A stretch of 64,000 bases of DNA from Nitrospirota bacterium (lineage in GTDB: Bacteria > Nitrospirota > Thermodesulfovibrionia > UBA6902): assembly GCA_016213935.1 (NCBI GenBank), contig JACQZG010000009.1:647-64646 (forward strand), given 5' to 3'. The translations under genes were made by a program, and so were the position numbers. Under the pieces are notes generated by a model that was not told where the DNA came from, searched no databases, and worked only from the letters and a program-made list of their open reading frames with translations. Shown here piece after piece: positions 59,040-64,000 of the stretch. Within the stretch, counting starts at the first letter, position 1. The number at the start of each line of letters is the position of its first letter.

Positions 59040-61289
59040 ATGCGTTATCTACGCTGTTTAAACGGGTTAGTAATATTTTTTTTTGTTTTTGTTCTGGTTG
59101 CTCCCGATTCATTTGCTCTTGTTGAATCTGCAAGAAGAGATTGTGTCCTTTGCCATATAATGTGGATGGATGATTTCAGGGAGAATAAGGAAACTCTGAT
59201 CGAATGGCAGCCGTCGAATGCACTTAAGAAAGACACACAGGGCGTGGAAAGCTCTGAGGATATATGCTACAGTTGCCATGACGGCTACGTAAGAGATTCA
59301 AGAAACATAACATGGAAATATAACAGACATCCTGTCTTTGTAAAACCTTCCGGCAAGGTTATAGTACCTGATTCTTTTCCCCTGAGCGTCAAGAATGAAA
59401 TTTACTGCGGCACATGTCATTCAGCTCACGGCAAAGGCGCGGCTGCCACGGAAGAACACGCTAAGACATCGCTTTTCAGGGAAGTAAACGTTAATTCCAG
59501 CCTTTGCGAGATGTGCCACCTGGACCAGGCAAATTTCAGAGCATCCAACGGCCATCCAGTTCATTCAAGGGCTATCAAGCTTCCTGATAAACTTTTTGAG
59601 AACGGAGCTGTTTCTGCTTCTGACAAAAATACCGTTATTTGTCAGTCCTGTCATAAAATTCACGGCGCAAAAGGGCAGAAACTTCTTATTGTGGACAATC
59701 AGAACTCTGAATTATGCATAATTTGTCATCAGGAAAAAGAGAGTATATCGGGAACGAAACATGACCTCAGCATCACCCTTCCTGATGTCAAGAACATAAA
59801 GGATAAGTCATTGTCTGAATCCGGCCCGTGCGGGGCATGCCATCTTCCCCATAATGCTGTCGGCAAAAGATTGTGGGCTCGCACAATGGGGAAGGGCAAT
59901 CCGGCTGCACAGATGTGCCTTACATGCCATGACCAGTCTTCCGGCTATAAAATTAAAGGAGTTGGCGAGTTTTCTCATCCTATAGACATAAAACCGGCAT
60001 CAGGAACGCACATTCCTCCGGAATTGCCTCTTTTTTCCTCTGAGGGAGCAAAGACGAAGGATGGGAATGTGCAGTGCTTCACTTGCCATGATATACACAG
60101 ATGGGATCCACAGACTCCTATTAATAAAGGCGGGAAGGACGTGGAAGGCGACTCATCAAACAGTTTTTTAAGAATAAGCAACAGCAGTGGCTCAGGCCTT
60201 TGCATTTTATGCCACGTTGATAAAAAGCAACTGGTTTATTCAGACCATAATCTCGAAGTCACTGCTCCGGAGGAGAAGAATATTCAGGGCGTAAATACCC
60301 GGTCTTCCGGCCCCTGCGGCGCTTGTCATCTTCCGCATAATGCATCTTCATATCGTCTGTGGGCAAGGAATCTTCCCAAAGAAAATATTGCGGGTGAATT
60401 ATGTATCTCGTGCCATAAGAATGAAGGCCCGGCAAAGGATAAACAGTTAGGGAATTATTTTCATCCTGTTAACGTATCTCTCGAAAAATTCAAGATCAGC
60501 ACGGCGCTCCCCTTATTTGATGAAAAAGGAAACAAGACCCAGGACGGAAAGCTTGTATGCATGACATGTCATGACCCCCATGTGTGGAACCCTGACAGTT
60601 CATTATTTATTGAAGAGTATAAATACGCCAATGTCGAGGGAGACGCCACAAACAGCTTTTTACGAAAGCATAATTCGCCTACTTCGGATCTTTGCGAAGC
60701 ATGTCATTTCAAACAGGCTTTTGTTGATGGAACCGATCATGACTTAAATGTTACCGCACCTGATGCAAAAAATCTCCTTGGCCAGACAGTCAAAGAGTCA
60801 GGACAATGCGGGGCCTGCCACCTCGTTCATAACAGCCCTAACAGTTTAAGGTTATGGGCAAGGCCGTATCTGCCGTACATAGAAAAATCGGGTATCATTG
60901 AATCTCTATGCAACAGCTGTCATTCAAAAAATAATATCGCAGGTAATAAGATCCCGGTAATTGCCACGCATCCTGGCGACAAACTGGTTAATAATATAAT
61001 GAGATGTGACCGCGATGACATTGATTACGCCCCATTGTTTGACGTGAAAAGCGGGAACTTTACCAATTACGGCAATATTTCGTGCCCAACATGCCACAAT
61101 GCGCATCAGTGGAGCCCTTTATCAAAGATAAAAGGCATAGGCCAAAACGTGGAGGGCAATGCAACAAATAGTTTTTTAAGGAATGTCAGCTATAGAAACA
61201 TATGTATAGATTGCCACGGTTTTGACGCACTTTTCAGATATAAGTATTTTCATGACCTTGAAGACAGAATTCCTCAAAGGACCCGCTGA
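59040..61289 (+). CDS. 18-heme cytochrome c with three tandem four-heme repeats
   Basis: Signal peptide; 18 CxxCH counted; repeated SG.CGACHL.HN...LWAR and VEG...NSFLR. Confidence 0.9.
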   Translation: MRYLRCLNGLVIFFFVFVLVAPDSFALVESARRDCVLCHIMWMDDFRENKETLIEWQPSNALKKDTQGVESSEDICYSCHDGYVRDSRNITWKYNRHPVFVKPSGKVIVPDSFPLSVKNEIYCGTCHSAHGKGAAATEEHAKTSLFREVNVNSSLCEMCHLDQANFRASNGHPVHSRAIKLPDKLFENGAVSASDKNTVICQSCHKIHGAKGQKLLIVDNQNSELCIICHQEKESISGTKHDLSITLPDVKNIKDKSLSESGPCGACHLPHNAVGKRLWARTMGKGNPAAQMCLTCHDQSSGYKIKGVGEFSHPIDIKPASGTHIPPELPLFSSEGAKTKDGNVQCFTCHDIHRWDPQTPINKGGKDVEGDSSNSFLRISNSSGSGLCILCHVDKKQLVYSDHNLEVTAPEEKNIQGVNTRSSGPCGACHLPHNASSYRLWARNLPKENIAGELCISCHKNEGPAKDKQLGNYFHPVNVSLEKFKISTALPLFDEKGNKTQDGKLVCMTCHDPHVWNPDSSLFIEEYKYANVEGDATNSFLRKHNSPTSDLCEACHFKQAFVDGTDHDLNVTAPDAKNLLGQTVKESGQCGACHLVHNSPNSLRLWARPYLPYIEKSGIIESLCNSCHSKNNIAGNKIPVIATHPGDKLVNNIMRCDRDDIDYAPLFDVKSGNFTNYGNISCPTCHNAHQWSPLSKIKGIGQNVEGNATNSFLRNVSYRNICIDCHGFDALFRYKYFHDLEDRIPQRTR

Positions 61290-61529
61290 AAATCGTAACA
61301 GTTTTGCCTGCCATGCTTAATCATTATGCAATATTTATAAGGTAATTAATTTTTCAATATCAGGTGTATTACCGATATATCAGGCAAGTCATTTTTTTAT
61401 TACAAAATGGCTAATGCATTATCACATAAGAAAAAATAGCGCCATATTTATAACCGCTGAATTCTATCAGCATAATCATATAATAATTTATTATTTCACA
61501 TTAAGTAAGGTTTGTTGTAAAAAAATTAT

Positions 61530-62582
61530 ATGAGCCTAAAAAGAGCTGCAAGGCTTTATATTGTTGGATTTATTTTTATAGTATTGAATTTCTATCCTTC
61601 CAAGAATCTTTTTTCTGCAGATGTCGGCAACTGTCTCTTGTGCCACAAATATCCTGGCTTAAGCAGGATTGACGAGCAAGGCAAAATGAAACTTCTCTAT
61701 GTTAATGAAGATATTTTCAATATCAGCGTTCACTTAAAAGTTAAATGTGAGGGCTGTCATACTGATATAAAAAAGATTCCCCATGACCCTGTGAATAAAG
61801 TAGACTGCCTGGTTGAATGCCATATTGTTGAACCTTCAAGCGAACAGAAATTCTCTCATAAGGATGTTGATAATTATGTTAAAAAGAGTGTTCATGCCGC
61901 GTTAGACAAGTATGGGATGCCGAAGAAATTCAAAGAGGATCTGCCTACCTGCAAAAATTGCCATGACGAGCCGCTATACAGGCCTCTCTCTTTCTTTAAG
62001 CAGGTGCGTCCAGGTATTTCTGAAGCTGCACTCGGCAGGTGCAGGGTATGTCACAAGAAAGAGGATTTTATTATAAGATTTTATAATCATGTTACCACAA
62101 GATTGCACCGCACCAGAAATCCAATCAATATTGCAGAGGTTTGCGCTAGGTGTCATGATGATCCGTTGTTGGTTGAAAGGCATAATCTGGGCACAAGGGC
62201 GGTTTTTTCATACGGAGAGACCTTTCACGGGAAAGCGGCACGCTTTCTTGATGAAAGAGTGCCGGACTGTCTTGATTGCCATGTTAATACAGGCGAATCT
62301 GTCCATCAAATGCTGAGTCATAAAGATTCTGCCGCGATAACCTATCGGGAAAACAAATATCTGGCATGTTCTAACATTGAATGCCATCCCGGCACGTCGC
62401 AGCAATTCGCCAGTTATAAAGTTCACGCGGAATTTAATCTGGACCAAAGCCCGGTGCAATATTATTTCACCCTCTTTTTCATAATTCTCACAGGGGGCAC
62501 GCTCCTGCCGTTGATGGCGATCATATTTTTGGACTTGATAAGAAGGTTATTCCCGGACGCCGTGATACCAAGGAGAAGATGA
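61530..62582 (+). CDS. Second CbcA-like multiheme cytochrome with C-terminal anchor (6 CxxCH + CX3CH + CX4CH)
   Basis: Paralog of 55085 gene (NCL.CHKY..L.RIDE.GK, FSHK); C-terminal TM. Confidence 0.8.
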   Translation: MSLKRAARLYIVGFIFIVLNFYPSKNLFSADVGNCLLCHKYPGLSRIDEQGKMKLLYVNEDIFNISVHLKVKCEGCHTDIKKIPHDPVNKVDCLVECHIVEPSSEQKFSHKDVDNYVKKSVHAALDKYGMPKKFKEDLPTCKNCHDEPLYRPLSFFKQVRPGISEAALGRCRVCHKKEDFIIRFYNHVTTRLHRTRNPINIAEVCARCHDDPLLVERHNLGTRAVFSYGETFHGKAARFLDERVPDCLDCHVNTGESVHQMLSHKDSAAITYRENKYLACSNIECHPGTSQQFASYKVHAEFNLDQSPVQYYFTLFFIILTGGTLLPLMAIIFLDLIRRLFPDAVIPRRR

Positions 62583-62586
62583 AGAC

Positions 62587-63420
62587 ATGGAAAAGTATCC
62601 TCTTATAAAAACGATAAACGGGCGCAGGTATTTTTATAGGTTTTCATTGAATCAGAGGGTGCAGCACATAATACTTGCCTTATCAGTAATTATACTCGTG
62701 TTAACCGGAATGCCCCTGAAGTTTCATAATGCTGGCTGGGCTCCTTATCTGTATAAAATATTCGGAGGGATAAAAGCCGCTCCCATTGTGCATAAAGCGG
62801 CAGGCAGCATCCTTCTTATCCTCTTTGCTTATCATATAATTTATCTCGTTTATGTAATTTATAAATATCAAATAGTCCCTTTGAGAGATAAGGAACGGCG
62901 TCTCACTTCGGGCATGATCTTGAAGTTACTCGCGACTCAGCCGCTGGTTCCGAATATGAAAGATGCGAGAGACATAAGGGATCTCATGACATATCTTCTT
63001 TATTTTACAAATAAAAGGCCTGACGGCGATGCTTTTACATGGAAGGAAAAGTTTGATTACTGGGCGCCTTTCTGGGGTATGGTAGTAATTGGGCTGTCAG
63101 GCCTTATAATGTGGAATAAAGTGCTTGCGACAAAGATCGTACCAGGCATTGTCATTAATTTCTCTTTGATTGCTCACAGCGATGAGGCACTTCTTGCGGC
63201 GCTTTTTTTATTCATATGGCATTGGTATAATGTTCATTTTTCAATTTCGGTTTTTCCAATGGGGATGGTCTTTATAACGGGTTATTTGCCCGAAGAGCTG
63301 ATGATTGAGGAACATTATGAATATTATGTCAAAATCATGAAGCAGGCCGGGCTGGACAATGAAATACGCCCTCCGCACGGAGCACATTCAGAACTTTCTA
63401 CAGACGAGGCAGAGAAATAA
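62587..63420 (+). CDS. Second CbcB/FdnI-like cytochrome b
   Basis: VQHII..TGMP, VHKAA, EKFDYWAPFWG, AHSDEALLA, WHWYNVH, EEH. Confidence 0.85.
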   Translation: MEKYPLIKTINGRRYFYRFSLNQRVQHIILALSVIILVLTGMPLKFHNAGWAPYLYKIFGGIKAAPIVHKAAGSILLILFAYHIIYLVYVIYKYQIVPLRDKERRLTSGMILKLLATQPLVPNMKDARDIRDLMTYLLYFTNKRPDGDAFTWKEKFDYWAPFWGMVVIGLSGLIMWNKVLATKIVPGIVINFSLIAHSDEALLAALFLFIWHWYNVHFSISVFPMGMVFITGYLPEELMIEEHYEYYVKIMKQAGLDNEIRPPHGAHSELSTDEAEK

Positions 63421-64000
63421 TGAAAAACATTTTTTACAAATTATATGTCGTAGCTTTTATGTGTTTAACGGTGTGGTTCATCGTAATTATCTGGAATGTC
63501 ACTTTTCATCATGTTATTGAAGAATACGAGAACCGTAAAGAGCTTGAAGAAGTCGCAACCATAAAAGAACAGAAAAAACGAGAAGCGGAAAAAACCAAAT
63601 TCGAGAGAATAATACTTCAAAGCGAAGAAAGGGTCAAGCATTATCTTGGTTACAGGGTGATCGAGGAGCAGAGAATCGAAGGCCATTTTCATCATATCGG
63701 TTTTGATATTGGCCCTGACAACAGATCGTACTGCATAAGATGCCATGGGGATATGCCGCATGATAAGGTCAGAGATCTTAGGGCGTTTCTTAATATGCAC
63801 GCATTCTTCATCGCCTGTCAGACATGTCATGTAAAGACCGAAGGAAGAGGCCCCAGAGTTTACAAATGGTACGACAGAAAAACAGGCGAGTTGGTACCAA
63901 GCCCTGTGCTGACATACAGAGCCGGCACGTATAATGCAAAAATTATTCAAATCGAGAACACAGGTGTCGGAGAGCCTCAACGGGTTGACTCACAGGAGCG
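63420..64000 (+). CDS. Membrane-anchored multiheme cytochrome c, paralog of 57078 gene, 3' end truncated by window (absent from ORF track)
   Basis: ATG overlaps upstream TAA; MKNIFYKLYVVAFM TM, HFHH, CIRCHGDMPH, LNMHAFFIACQTCH. Confidence 0.85.
   Translation, partial: MKNIFYKLYVVAFMCLTVWFIVIIWNVTFHHVIEEYENRKELEEVATIKEQKKREAEKTKFERIILQSEERVKHYLGYRVIEEQRIEGHFHHIGFDIGPDNRSYCIRCHGDMPHDKVRDLRAFLNMHAFFIACQTCHVKTEGRGPRVYKWYDRKTGELVPSPVLTYRAGTYNAKIIQIENTGVGEPQRVDSQE

Noticed and set aside
61290..61529. Third sigma54 promoter before the second quinone module
   Set aside because: AT-rich spacer without a convincing GG-N10-GC consensus
63465..63980. Minus-strand 171-aa ORF
   Set aside because: Antisense shadow of the plus-strand cytochrome starting at 63420
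1..64000. CRISPR array, transposase, prophage or defence island
   Set aside because: No regularly spaced repeats and no recognisable mobile or phage proteins; the many short antisense ORFs in the track overlap well-supported genes

Overview
Bacterial genomic window, by overall impression from an anaerobe of the Nitrospirota (Thermodesulfovibrionia-like) or Desulfobacterota; taxonomy cannot be confirmed without a search. Bases 1-28.4 kb hold housekeeping and signalling genes: a cyclic-nucleotide cluster, fabD, trmL, exeA/gspB, peptidoglycan recycling genes (DUF1460, ampG, rlpA), mtaD-asd-leuB, tRNA-Gln/tRNA-Glu, purMN and fabG-acpP-fabF-rnc. Bases 28.5-64 kb form one large extracellular electron transfer island. 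It has a TPR protein, a heme-c sensor kinase and a sigma54 activator, two divergent PglL-type O-oligosaccharyltransferases, and three OmcS-like cytochrome nanowire paralogs, each with a CX5CH heme motif (one intact, one lacking the last heme, one with a TAA inside a heme motif). It also has NHL/YVTN propellers, an outer-membrane beta-barrel, three CsgG-like proteins, a PPIase, 26-, 16- and 18-heme cytochromes, and two copies of a quinone-linked CbcA/CbcB-like module. By manual count there are 106 CxxCH motifs, 1 broken motif and 9 non-canonical candidates between 36.3 and 64 kb. Two sigma54 promoters with a shared upstream motif are visible. The standout candidate is a complete quinone-pool-to-nanowire conduit with its own putative protein O-glycosylation enzymes.
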